Source: Nemertoderma westbladi (lineage: Eukaryota > Animalia > Xenacoelomorpha). Taken from it: a stretch of 64,000 bases of DNA. The stretch covers positions 62,001-126,000 of the forward strand of contig JAUCBJ010006528.1 in assembly GCA_032718475.1 (NCBI GenBank). Direction: 5' to 3'. Under the pieces are notes generated by a model. It saw nothing but the letters and a program-made list of their open reading frames with translations, was not told the DNA's origin and ran no database searches. Each line of letters begins with the position of its first letter. Positions within the stretch are counted from its first letter, which is position 1. The translations under genes and the position numbers were made by a program. Positions 14,351 through 26,470 of the stretch are shown one piece after another.

Positions 14351-16933
14351 TGATGATGGAACGGCATGCTGCATTGCAGCTGCATTTTTAAGAATGCTGT
14401 GCCGGCTTATCGACAAAATTGCGCCGCCACAACTCCCTATCACCCATGACATTTGCTAGATCATCCGCATCTTCAAGGCCAGTGTCCTTTAAGATGCGTC
14501 TCAAGAAAGTCATGGGCTGTCCACCATGCTTATTCACTCCATGAGCTTGCCAAACTACAAGATTATGCACTGGCTGGTGCTCACGGCGAAAGCAATGTCC
14601 TGCAAAGCGGATGCGATTTTGTTCTAGTGTGAAGCTCGGGGGAACCAATGAGACACCTCCAATGTTATATAGTGTCTGGTTGGAGATGTGTGCATTGTAC
14701 TTGCCACAATGAACCCGGCGTAGTATTCTTGTGAATGTGCCATCCAGAGATTTGGTGTCCTCAGCAGTTAGAGCCCAGCATGGACTCCCATAGAGGAGTA
14801 CTGGAACTACTGCTGCTCTAAATAATCGGACCTTAAGTTTCCGATTAATTAAGCTTTAGGGGTAATCCTATATGTTCGTAGAACATAGTCAACCACAATA
14901 ATGAACAAGAATGGTGCAAGTGTGTCTCCTTGGAGGACGCCCCATAACACTTCAAATGGTTCTGTGTCACCATCAACAGTAGACACAAATGTTGTCAAAC
15001 CATCGTATACTGATCTGATTGCTGCAATAATTTCATCAGGAATCCCATATAATGAAAGTATGCTGAACATACGTGAGCGAGAGACTGAATCAAAGGCCTT
15101 GATGAAGTCAACAAAGATAACAGCCAGATGCCTGTCTTTCTTTTTTGATAACTCTTCAATTATCCTTCTAAGTGCCAAACTAAGTGCCAGTGTCTACTAT
15201 GATGGGATAGATGAGCTTTAAACACTCAGGTATTTTAAAGACCTCAGGGGGAACACCATCTACTCCACTGGCACGATTGGTCTTAATTCTCTTTGCAGCA
15301 GTCTTCCCTTCTGCAAAGGAGATATCGCCAATGGGAATATCTGGGAGTACAGACTCAGACACTTTTACTTCTATAAAGTTATCAGGCAATACCCTGTCAT
15401 TATTGAGGAGCTTTTCAAAGTGGGCCTTCAAACCATTGAGGCGATCGGCAGGTGATTCAGCCTTAACCTTGGTGGTTGGTTGGCTTTTCCGACCAGTAAG
15501 CAAGTTGATCGATTTCCATGCCTGGGATGATTGCCTGCTGTCGTCAGCATCATTGATGGCATCAACCTGTTGGTTTATTAGCTCCTGTAGTTTAACAGAG
15601 TACTGCCCGTTCAGGGACCTAGATGCAGCCTTAACTGCATTCTTGGCCGCTGTAGTCTGTTTGAGCGCGACTCTTTCTGCGCCTTTTATAGGTAATTTCG
15701 GCACTTCTGAATTTTGTTGTCAGTCCAGGGGGCCCTTTTCCTGTTTCGAGGGTATACAGGAACTGTTTCTGCAGCTGCTAACTTAACTGCTTCTGTGAAG
15801 GCAGTATAGCCCTCACAGTAATCTGCCGCCTCAGAGGCAAGAGCCTCATACCTGTTGCTCAGCTGTAATGTGAAGCGGGATCTCACACTTGGCTGTTGGA
15901 ACAGAGAGGACCAGTCATGCCGCGGCAAGGCAGATTTCGTTGTTCTGCTAGCACGCAGACTAAGTCTTGCCTTGGCCACAATAACGCGGTGATCACTGGA
16001 GAAGGGTCGAAGTGTAAATGCATTACAGTCTTGTATAGACTATGGTCTATCTATGTATAGAATATGGTCTATCTGGGACTTGTGACCACTGGGTCCACTA
16101 TGAGTCCATAGCGTTCCAGTTTGCTTCTTGAACTGGGTTCCAGCCGAAAACAATCCATTTCCAGAGATAAAATCCTGAAGATGGATGGAATTTCGGTTAA
16201 CACTATTGCTATAGGCCCAGGGCGATGTAGGTGATTGATGCAGACTTGCATTAAAGTCTCCCAGGAATGGTAAGAATGCATGCTGCTGATCCACTCCATC
16301 AGTAGCTGCTTGTAGATTGTGGTGGAAATTTTCCACCTCCTCTACAGGGGCAACACTAGTTGGCAACACTAGTTCCTTAGGGAACTTCTTAGCCAGTCTT
16401 CCAGAACAACTGAGAAGTGGCAACGGGCATCGTGGCATGATATGCGGTTAGAGATTTGCCGATTTAGCTCTCGGGACAAATACCACACCCTGGTTTGCCA
16501 TTCCACAGGGTGGGTGTCGCAATAGAGTCAGATATGAGGCCCATCACCCATATCTACTCTGGCGCACATGACCCACCATTGGCTGTTGCAGCTCATCTGC
16601 TGGGTCATGCCCTGTACCCTTTCTGCCAGGTGCAGGTCGCAGTGAAGTGCTCTAAGAGTGGACATGAGAACACTCTACTCCTGACCAGCCATTGGTAGAT
16701 CACCATCTGCCTGATCAGGCCATATACCCCTGCAGCCAAGTATATGGGTCCTTAATCCAGGACCAAGGGCGTCCTTATCCCAGAACGAAGGGTGTCCTAG
16801 TTACAGGACCAGATTTGCCCTAGTAAGAGGGTGTATGCAGCTACGGGTGGCACCTCCTTTATGCTGCATGGAGGTGGCAAGTTTTCTTGATCAATGACCT
16901 ACCTGACCTGACCTGACCTGACCAAACCTGACC
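14351..16933 (-). mobile_element. RTE-clade LINE with both ends present, internally deleted and non-coding
   Basis: APE endonuclease motifs (LGDFNA, SQIDHIL, SDHRV), RT motifs (VIFVDFIKAFDSVSR; GVLQGDTLAPFLFIIVVDYVL), post-RT LKVRLFRAAVVPVLLYG..W.LT and C-terminal RIRFAGHCFRR...DRELWR, all typical of RTE. (CAT)n tail at 14351-14359 and (CAGGT)n at the 5' end. Degenerate TSD TGGAAGAATA (14341) vs TGGAAGTAAGATA (16934). Confidence 0.92.
14388..16380 (-). pseudogene. Fragmented endonuclease-reverse transcriptase ORF of the RTE element
   Basis: ORF pieces 16040-16438, 15686-15979, 15180-15704, 14849-15178 and 14388-14648 are collinear with an APE-RT polyprotein but broken by frameshifts, stops and deletions. 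No YADD motif is present. Confidence 0.9.
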
Positions 16934-16935
16934 TG
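16896..16935. repeat. (ACCTG)n pentanucleotide repeat at the RTE 5' boundary
   Basis: GACCTACCTGACCTGACCTGACCTGACCAAACCTGACCTG read directly. Confidence 0.9.
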
Positions 16936-17378
16936 GAAGTAAGATAGGTTTAAAGAATTGACTATACAATTTGTATACTTTCGTATTGGGCCCTAAACTT
17001 TTGCATGCAAGCTCAGAATTAAATTATCTTTCGAATGATATATTACACTAAAGTACATGTCTGGTAGTTTTGGCTGGCCAGGGGGGGGGGGGATCATTAT
17101 GGAACATCCGGTATATATTTTTTACACCACAATTGTTATGTTCTTCTGAAACAATAATACACATAAACTCATACAACCTTACCATCGTGTAGGTTATTAA
17201 ATACAGCAATCTACCTCATTTATTAACCTGATATGGTACAATACAGCGCAGGTTCAACCCTCTATAACATCCTTCCTAATTGTTCCTCCTTCTGACCAGG
17301 TGCCTTATTATATTACTGTGTTATAATTTTCTATTACAGTATAATAAAGGCTAAAGGGGCCGAAATTTGATATTATTC

Positions 17379-20300
17379 ATAATAATAATAATATATTTAT
17401 ACAGCTCCTTTCTGCCCAGACCTTTCTGTACCACATATATATTTATAAAAATAAATAAAATTTATCAACAATTTCAGTAAAAACAACTAAAAAAGAAAAT
17501 CACTACTAAAAAACAACTCGTCTAAAATACAATTAGATTAAAAATGCACTAGGCCTATACAAATACAAATACACATTAAAAATTATTATTCTATAATAAA
17601 ATTAGCAATATTCCTGTGTAAAAAGTGTGTTTTCAGTCGGGATTTAAATAAAGTCAGTGTTTCAGCGTGCCATACATCTCTGGGGAGGGAGTTCCAGATA
17701 GTCGGAGCAGCGATCGAGAAAGCAGGGGTCCAGCGTGGCGTACATCTCTGGGGAGGGAGTTCCAGCTAGTCGGAGCAGCGATCGAGAAAGCAGGGGTCCA
17801 GCGTGGCGTACATCTCTGGGGAGGGAGTTCCAGCTAGTCGGAGCAGCGATCGAGAAAGCAGGGGTCCAGCGTGGCGTACATCTCTGGGGGGGGGGGGGGG
17901 GGGGGGGGAGTTCCAGCTAGTCGGAGCAGCATTCGAGAAAGCAGTGGTCCAGTGTGGCGTGCATCTCTGGGGAGGGAGTTTCAGATAGTCGGAGCAGCGA
18001 TCGGGAAAGCAGGGGTCCAGCAGCGCGGCTTACATCTCTGTGGAGGGAGTTCCAGCTAGTCGGAGCAGCGATCGATAAAGCAGGGGTCCAGCGTGGCGTA
18101 CATCTCTGGGGAGGGAGTTCCAGATAGTCGGAGCAGCGATCGAGACAGCAGGGGTCCAGCAGCGTGGCTTACATCTCTGTGCAAGGAGTTCCAGCTAGTT
18201 GGAGCAGCGATCGAGAAAGCAGGGGTCAAGCGTGGCGTACATCTCTGGGGAGGGAGTTCCAGCTAGTCGGAGCAGCGTTCGAGAAAGCAGTGGTCCAGTG
18301 TGGCGTGCATCTCTGGGGAGGGAGTTCCAGATAGTCGGAGCAGCGATTGGGAAAGCAGGGGTCCAGCAGCGTGGCTTACATCTCTGTGGAGGGAGTTCCA
18401 GCTAGTCGGAGCAGCGATTGAGAAAGCAGGGGTCCAGCAGCTCGGCGTATATCTCTGTGGAGGGAGTTCCAGCTAGTCGGAGCAGCGATCGAGAAAGCAG
18501 GGGTCCAGCAGCGTGGCTTAAATCTCTGTGGAGGGAGTTCCAGCTAGTCGGAGCAGGGATCGAGAAAGCAGGGGTCCAGCGTGGCGTACATCTCTGGGGA
18601 GGGAGTTCCAGATAGTCGGAGCAGCGATCGAGACAGCAGGGGTCCAGCGTGGCGTACATCTCTGTGGAGGGAGTTCCAGCTAGTCGGAGCAGCGATCGAG
18701 AAAGCAGGGGTCCAGCGTGGCGTATATCTCTGGGGAGGGAGTTCCAGATAGTCGGAGCAGCGATCGGGAAAGCAGGGGTCCAGTGTGGCGTACATCTCTG
18801 TGGAGGGAGTTCCAGATAGTCGGACCAACGATCGGGAAAGCAGGGGTGCAGCAGCGTGGCTTACATCTCTGTGGAGGGAGTTCCAGCTAGTCGGAGCAGT
18901 GATCGAGAAAGCAGGGGTCCAGCATGGCGTATATCTCTGGAGAGGGAGTTCCATCTAGTCGGAGCAGCGATCGAGAAAGCAGGGGTGCAGCAGCGTGGCT
19001 TACATCTCTGTGGAGGGAGTTCCAGCTAGTCGGAGCAGCGATCGAGAAAGCAGGGGTCCAGCAGCGTGGCTTACATCTCTGGGGAGGGAGTTCCAGATAG
19101 TCGGAGCAGCGATCGAGAAAGCAGGGGTCCAGCAGCGTGGCTTACATCTCTGGGGAGGGAGTTCCAGATAGTCGGAGCAGCGATCGAGAAAGCAGGGGTC
19201 CAGCAGCGTGGCTTACATCTCTGTGGAGGAAGTTCCAGATAGTCGGAGCAGCGATCGAGAAAGCAGGGGTCCAGCGTGGCGTACATCTCTGGGGAGGGAG
19301 TTCCAGCTAGTCGGAGCAGCGATCGAGAATGCAGGGGTCCAGCGTGGCGTACATCTCTGGGGGGGGGGGGGAGTTCCAGCTAGTCGGAGCAGCATTCGAG
19401 AAAGCAGTGGTCCAGTGTGGCGTGCATCTCTGGGGAGGGAGTTCCAGATAGTCGGAGCAGCGATCGGGAAAGCAGGGGTCCAGCAGCGCGGCTTACATCT
19501 CTGTGGAGGGAGTTCCAGCTAGTCGGAGCAGCGATCGAGAAAGCAGGGGTCCAGCAGCGTGCCATACATCTATGGGGAGGGAGTTCCAGCTAGTCGGAGC
19601 AGCGATCGAGAAAGCAGGGGTCCAGCGTGGCGTACATCTCTGGGGAGGGAGTTCCAGATAGTCGGAGCAGCGATCGAGACAGCAGGGGTCCAGCAGCGTG
19701 GCTTACATCTCTGTGGAAGGAGTTCCAGCTAGTTGGAGCAGCGATCGAGAAAGCAGGGGTCCAGCGTGGCGTTCATCTCTGGGGAGGGAGTTCCAGCTAG
19801 TCGGAGCAGCATTCGAGAAAGCAGTGGTCCAGTGTGGCGTGCATCTCTGGGGAGGGAGTTCCAGATAGTCGGAGCAGCGATTGGGAAAGCAGGGGTCCAG
19901 CAGCGTGGCTTACATCTCTGTGGAGGGAGTTCCAGCTAGTCGGAGCAGCGATTGAGAAAGCAGGGGTCCAGCAGCTCGGCGTATATCTCTGTGGAGGGAG
20001 TTCCAGCTAGTCGGAGCAGCGATCGAGAAAGCAGGGGTCCAGCGTGGCGTACATCTCTGGGGAGGGAGTTCCAGATAGTCGGAGCAGCGATCGAGACAGC
20101 AGGGGTCCAGCAGCGTGGCTTAAATCTCTGTGGAGGGAGTTCCAGCTAGTCGGAGCAGCGATCGAGAAAGCAGGGGTCCAGCGTGGCGTATATCTCTGGG
20201 GAGGGAGTTCCAGCTAGTCAGAGCAGCGATCGAGAAAGCAGGGGTCCAGCGTGGCGTATATCTCTGGGGAGGGAGTTCCAGATAGTCGGAGCAGCGATCG

Positions 20301-23300
20301 GGAAAGCAGGGGTCCAGTGTGGCGTACATCTCTGTGGAGGGAGTTCCAGATAGTCGGACCAACGATCGGGAAAGCAGGGGTGCAGCAGCGTGGCTTACAT
20401 CTCTGTGGAGGGAGTTCCAGCTAGTCGGAGCAGTGATCGAGAAAGCAGGGGTCCAGCATGGCGTATATCTCTGGAGAGGGAGTTCCAGCTAGTCGGAGCA
20501 GCGATCGAGAAAGCAGGGGTGCAGCAGCGTGGCTTACATCTCTGTGGAGGGAGTTCCAGCTAGTCGGAGCAGCGATCGAGAAAGCAGGGGTCCAGCAGCG
20601 TGGCTTACATCTCTGTGGAGGGAGTTCCAGATAGTCGGAGCAGCGATCGAGAAAGCAGGGGTGCAGCAGCGTGGCTTACATCTCTGTGGAGGGAGTTCCA
20701 GATAGTCGGAGCAGCGATCGAGAAAGCAGGGGTCCAGCGTGGCGTACATCTCTGTGGAGGGAGTTCCAACTAGTCGGAGCAGCGATCGAGAAAGCAGGGG
20801 TCCAGCATGGCGTATATCTCTGGAGAGGGAGTTCCAGCTAGTCGGAGCAGCGATCGAGAAAGCAGGGGTGCAGCAGCGTGGCTTACATCTCTGGGGAGGG
20901 AGTTCCAGATAGTCAGAGCAGCAATCGGGAAAGCAGGGGTCCAGTGTGGCGTACATCTCTGTGGAGGGAGTTCCAGATAGTCGGAGCAGCGATCGGGAAA
21001 GCAGGGGTCCAGCAGCGCGGCTTACATCTCTGTGGAGGGAGTTCCAGCTAGTCGGAGCAGCGATCGAGAAAGCAGGGGTCCAGCAGCGTGCCATACATCT
21101 ATGGGGAGGGAGTTCCAGCTAGTCGGAGCAGCAATCGAGAAAGCAGGGGTCCAGCGTGGCGTACATCTCTGGGGAGGGAGTTCCAGATAGTCGGAGCAGC
21201 GATCGAGACAGCAGGGGTCCAGCAGCGTGGCTTACATCTCTGTGGAAGGAGTTCCAGCTAGTTGGAGCAGCGATCGAGAAAGCAGGGGTCCAGCGTGGCG
21301 TACATCTCTGGGGAGGGAGTTCCAGCTAGTCGGAGCAGCGTTCGAGAAAGCAGTGGTCCAGTGTGGCGTGCATCTCTGGGGAGGGAGTTCCAGATAGTCG
21401 GAGCAGCGATTGGGAAAGCAGGGGTCCAGCAGCGTGGCTTACATCTCTGTGGAGGGAGTTCCAGCTAGTCGGAGCAGCGATTGAGAAAGCAGGGGTCCAG
21501 CAGCTCGGCGTATATCTCTGTGGAGGGAGTTCCAGCTAGTCGGAGCAGCGATCGAGAAAGCAGGGGTCCAGCGTGGCGTACATCTCTGGGGAGGGAGTTC
21601 CAGATAGTCGGAGCAGCGATCGAGACAGCAGGGGTCCAGCAGCGTGGCTTAAATCTCTGTGGAGGGAGTTCCAGCTAGTCGGAGCAGCGATCGAGAAAGC
21701 AGGGGTCCAGCGTGGCGTATATCTCTGGGGAGGGAGTTCCAGCTAGTCAGAGCAGCGATCGAGAAAGCAGGGGTCCAGCGTGGCGTATATCTCTGGGGAG
21801 GGAGTTCCAGATAGTCGGAGCAGCGATCGGGAAAGCAGGGGTCCAGTGTGGCGTACATCTCTGTGGAGGGAGTTCCAGATAGTCGGACCAACGATCGGGA
21901 AAGCAGGGGTGCAGCAGCGTGGCTTACATCTCTGTGGAGGGAGTTCCAGCTAGTCGGAGCAGTGATCGAGAAAGCAGGGGTCCAGCATGGCGTATATCTC
22001 TGGAGAGGGAGTTCCAGCTAGTCGGAGCAGCGATCGAGAAAGCAGGGGTGCAGCAGCGTGGCTTACATCTCTGTGGAGGGAGTTCCAGCTAGTCGGAGCA
22101 GCGATCGAGAAAGCAGGGGTCCAGCAGCGTGGCTTACATCTCTGTGGAGGGAGTTCCAGATAGTCGGAGCAGCGATCGAGAAAGCAGGGGTGCAGCAGCG
22201 TGGCTTACATCTCTGTGGAGGGAGTTCCAGATAGTCGGAGCAGCGATCGAGAAAGCAGGGGTCCAGCGTGGCGTACATCTCTGTGGAGGGAGTTCCAACT
22301 AGTCGGAGCAGCGATCGAGAAAGCAGGGGTCCAGCATGGCGTATATCTCTGGAGAGGGAGTTCCAGCTAGTCGGAGCAGCGATCGAGAAAGCAGGGGTGC
22401 AGCAGCGTGGCTTACATCTCTGGGGAGGGAGTTCCAGATAGTCAGAGCAGCAATCGGGAAAGCAGGGGTCCAGTGTGGCGTACATCTCTGTGGAGGGAGT
22501 TCCAGATAGTCGGAGCAGCGATCGGGAAAGCAGGGGTCCAGTGTGGCGTACATCTCTGGGGAGGGAGTTCCAGATAGTCGGAGCAGCAATCGGGAAAGCA
22601 GGGGTCCAGTGTGGCGTACATCTCTGTGGAGGGAGTTCCAGATAGTCGGAGCAGCGATCGAGAAAGCAGGGGTCCAGTGTGGCGTACATCTCTGGGGAGG
22701 GAGTTCCAGATAGTCGGAGCAGCGATCAAGAAAGCAGGGGTCCAGCGTGGCTTATATCTCTGGGGAGGGAGTTCCAGATAGTCGGAGCAGCAATCGGGAA
22801 AGCAGGGGTCCAGTGTGGCTTATATCTCTGGGGAGGGAGTTCCAGATAGTCGGAGCAGCGATCGAGAAAGCAGGGGTCCAGCGTGGCGTACATCTCTGGG
22901 GAGGGAGTTCCAGCTAGTCGGAGCAGCGATCGAGAAGGCAGGGGTGCAGCAGCGTGGCTTACATCTCTGGGGAGGGAGTTCCAGATAGTCGGAGCAGCAA
23001 TCGGGAAAGCAGGGGTCCAGTGTGGCGTACATCTCTGGGGAGGGAGTTCCAGCTAGTCGGAGCAGCGATCGAGAAAGCAGGGGTGCAGCAGCGTGGCTTA
23101 CATCTCTGTGGAGGGAGTTCCAGATAGTCGGAGCAGCGATCGAGAAAGCAGGGGTCCAGTGTGGCGTACATCTCTGGGGAGGGAGTTCCAGATAGTCGGA
23201 GCAGCGATCAAGAAAGCAGGGGTCCAGCGTGGCTTATATCTCTGGGGAGGGAGTTCCAGATAGTCGGAGCAGCAATCGGGAAAGCAGGGGTCCAGCGTGG

Positions 23301-24000
23301 CGTACATCTTTGGGGAGGGAGTTCCAGCTAGTCGGAGCAGCGATCGAGAAATCAGGGGTCCAGCGTGGCGTACATCTCTGTGGAGGGAGTTCCAGATAGT
23401 CGGAGCAGCGATCGGGAAAGCAGGGGTCCAGCGTGGCGTACATCTCTGGGGAGGGAGTTCCAGATAGTCGGAGCAGCAATCGGGAAAGCAGGGGTCCAGT
23501 GTGGCGTACATCTCTGTGGAGGGAGTTCCAGATAGTCGGAGCAGCGATCGGGAAAGCAGGGGTCCAGCGTGGCGTACATCTCTGGGGAGGGAGTTCCAGC
23601 TAGTCGGAGCAGCGATCGAGAAATCAGGGGTCCAGCGTGGCGTACATCTCTGTGGAGGGAGTTCCAGATAGTCGGAGCAGCGATCGGGAAAGCAGGGGTC
23701 CAGCGTGGCGTACATCTCTGGGGAGGGAGTTCCAGCTAGTCGGAGCAGCGATCGAGAAATCAGGGGTCCAGCGTGGCGTACATCTCTGTGGAGGGAGTTC
23801 CAGATAGTCGGAGCAGCGATCGAGAAAGCAGGGGTCCAGCGTGGCGTACATCTCTGTGGAGGGAGTTCCAGATAGTCGGAGCAGCGATCGAGAAAGCAGG
23901 GGTCCAGCGTGGCGTACATCTCTGGGGAGGGAGTTCCAGATAGTCGGAGCAGCAATCGAGAAAGCACGTCCTTCATAATTATTTAATTTATATTTTGTTC
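17379..24000 (-). mobile_element. 5'-truncated L2/CR1-group LINE 3' end, interrupted by satellite B derived from itself
   Basis: Collapsing the array to one unit gives minus-strand RTKYKLNNYEGRAFSIAAPTIWNSLPRDVWHAETLTLFKSRLKTHF, matching the L2 ORF2 end (YGxRAFSxAAPxLWNSLP...FKxxLKTHLF). An AT-rich 3' UTR follows, ending GAGCTGTATAAATATA(TTA)n at about 17379-17407. Confidence 0.85.
17663..23970. repeat. Satellite B: 68-bp unit (GCGTGGCGTACATCTCTGGGGAGGGAGTTCCAGMTAGTCGGAGCAGCGATCGAGAAAGCAGGGGTCCA) with a 71-bp +CAG variant, about 90 copies
   Basis: Tandem copies read directly. ORF starts at 17735, 17803 and 17871 are 68 bp apart. Confidence 0.99.
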
Positions 24001-24011
24001 GAGATCGTCCT

Positions 24012-26063
24012 TGTTACGGTATATGGCGCTGTATCCACAGTATTAGTCCATTATGCAGTATGCAATATTAGTCCATTATGCAGTATGCAATATTAGTCCA
24101 TTATGCAGTATGCAATATTAGTCCATTATGCAGTATGCAATATTAGTCCGTTATACTGTATGTAATATTAGTCCGTTGTGCAGCATGATATTTTAGATAA
24201 GGCATAATAACGCAGTGGTATTTAGGTAAGGAAGTTAAAACGCCCATATATTTTGCATCCATTCATTTTGTATAGTATGTAGCTCTACCTACGTAATTTT
24301 GTATTAGGTTATATGTAGATAGTTCCAGGGTAAGTTTATTCGGACCCTGGATTCCGTGCTTGCTGATATTAGCTTTAGTAGGGCTAGCATATAGGGACGC
24401 CGTCCTGGCCATTCAGCAGCCAGAGACGTGAACCATTACCATATATGGTAATAATTCGAGGAAAGGGAGCAAATAGGGCTACAATCCGGCCTCCTTATTG
24501 GACTAGCTGCTTCCAGGTTGGTCTAGTGCTAGCACGGACTGGAGAGCCAATAAGAAAGCGATTGAGTCACCCTATTGCATCATCCCATCCGGATCACCTA
24601 TAAATTGGCGGTGTGCCGGTAGAGCCTATCATCAATCTGTCACATGATACACCCCTGTTACAATTTACTTGCTGAGCTGTCTCTAATTTTGTATTTTTCT
24701 GCAATTTGCTAATTTTGATTAATTTCTTGGAATGATTTGCTAGTGCGATTACTTTGCTTGTGTTTCTCAATAATTCCTTCGATTACTGCAAATTACAATC
24801 GAACTATGATTTCTACCTTTGATTGATGGTTCTATGTGATTCTTTTCTGCGCAATAATCCCAAGGGATTCCTGAAACTGTCAGACTTTGTGATTTGCATG
24901 CGCCGCTACGGTAGCTATTAGCGTAATGGAGGGCTAAGGTGCCAGTGGGCGGTGGGCGCATCGGGGGGTTGGGCGACTAGGAGAGAGCGGAGGATTCAAA
25001 GCGGGCAACGCTGGCTAGGGTCACCGTTGCGGGCGGGTAACTTGCACTGCGGCACGCAGACCGATCGCCGGTACAGCAAATTAGGGGGCTGATGATCCAG
25101 GTTTTGTCTCTATTTAGTATTAGGGGGCAGGAATTGGGTTAGTTAGGAATCCTAGATGTACCCGGGAGAGGCCTGCGCGTATTAAAACGTTGAGTGTGGA
25201 GTACGAGTAGTGAATTGCACAATTGTAAACTGTGATTTCTAACGCTGATTGGTGTGTTATTGAAGTGTGCCTAAGATTACGAATGCTTAGATAGGCGCTC
25301 TTTTCCTTTGATTGATTTCTATTTCTTAGTTACAATAATTAGTTATTGATTAGGTCAAAGTAATACGGCAAATTAGGCTATTACTAGCGAAACCTGTTGC
25401 GTGATAAATTAGAATTACGTATTCTGGAACTCTTAGTAATTAGTACGCTGTTAATTATTTGTGACTGTAATTAATTAGTAAAAAATTAAGAATTAGTACG
25501 CAGCATAGCGGAGAGTAGCTAAGGTAATAATTAGTGTACTGTAAACTATTCACGCTGAGCGGTTATTTGCATTAGCGGACAATCAGCTAGAACGCACTAT
25601 TCGGTACGCACGATACGCTAGTAATTTTGCTGGCCTAAAGCCAGTCGCGGGCAGTTTTAGACCCGGAGTGGTATTATCCACGTAGAAACAGATACTGTAC
25701 CATTTTGATATTTTAAATATTGTCGCATTCACACATTACGTTAGGGAACCTCCAGTATTCGCGATTAGAAAGACGTAGGTAATAGCGTGCTTTAATAGTG
25801 ATAAAATTAGGCGTAAGAATACTCTGAGTGCAAGGCCTCTCGCACTCGTCTTAAGTAAGCTTAGGGAGCCGACTCGGGTTTATTGTTTTGGTTATTCCCG
25901 CGTGGCTCATAGATTCGAACAGTTAGCTCTCTATCGAGCGATCGGTAGAGAAAGGAACAAGCGATTTTGCAGGAGTAGTGTAAAATTAGTAAAATATATT
26001 AGTGGACGGCAGATTAGCGCCATCTAACGGTAAGTAGCGGTTTTGTATTTAGCAACCCTTACA
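24012..26063 (+). mobile_element. Possible degenerate LTR or LTR-element non-coding remnant
   Basis: Starts TGTTACGG close to where L2 similarity ends, and contains CCAAT (about 24548) and TATAAA (24599). TTACA end candidates lie at 24658-24662 and 26059-26063. No TSD, clear PBS or gag/pol similarity was seen. Confidence 0.25.
24041..24188. repeat. 25-bp minisatellite (TATTAGTCCATTATGCAGTATGCAA), about 6 copies, decaying rightwards
   Basis: Copies start at 24041, 24066, 24091 and 24116, followed by diverged copies. Confidence 0.9.
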
Positions 26064-26470
26064 ATTTAGTAATAGCACGCTCCTGATCCCCTTTACTTAA
26101 CAGTAGAGCAGTCTTTGTGTCTTATTGGTTAGACGAGAACTTATTAGGTTGGCAGAAGGATATTAACGGGTATTGGTCTGTTCAACAGTTCTGCTGTTAG
26201 TATAGAGGTCGCGGTTGTTTATCAGTCCTGGTATAAACAACATTTCATCTTTGATAAGTTTCGGTGTTGAAAAAATTAATCTCTGGCATTTGCGGATATT
26301 TGTTTCGAATAAATGAGATTTGGATCCATTGTGAAACATATGTTATGCGCTTTATCATAGCAGGTCAATAAGTCGTTACCGATTTGTACGCTAGGGGGCG
26401 CTAGAGATTACAAAAACAAGGGGTTCTTGCGGGGTTATTGGAGAAGATGACGTCATGGATATAGGATACG

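Noticed and set aside
14901-15786. Plus-strand ORFs of 106 and 191 aa
   Set aside because: They are antisense shadows of the RTE coding sequence.
17735-23976. Many ORFs up to 292 aa in satellite B as real repetitive proteins
   Set aside because: 68 and 71 are not multiples of 3, so the ORFs cycle through all frames. Their length depends on one A/C variant that creates or removes a TAG. Only one frame per unit has LINE homology.
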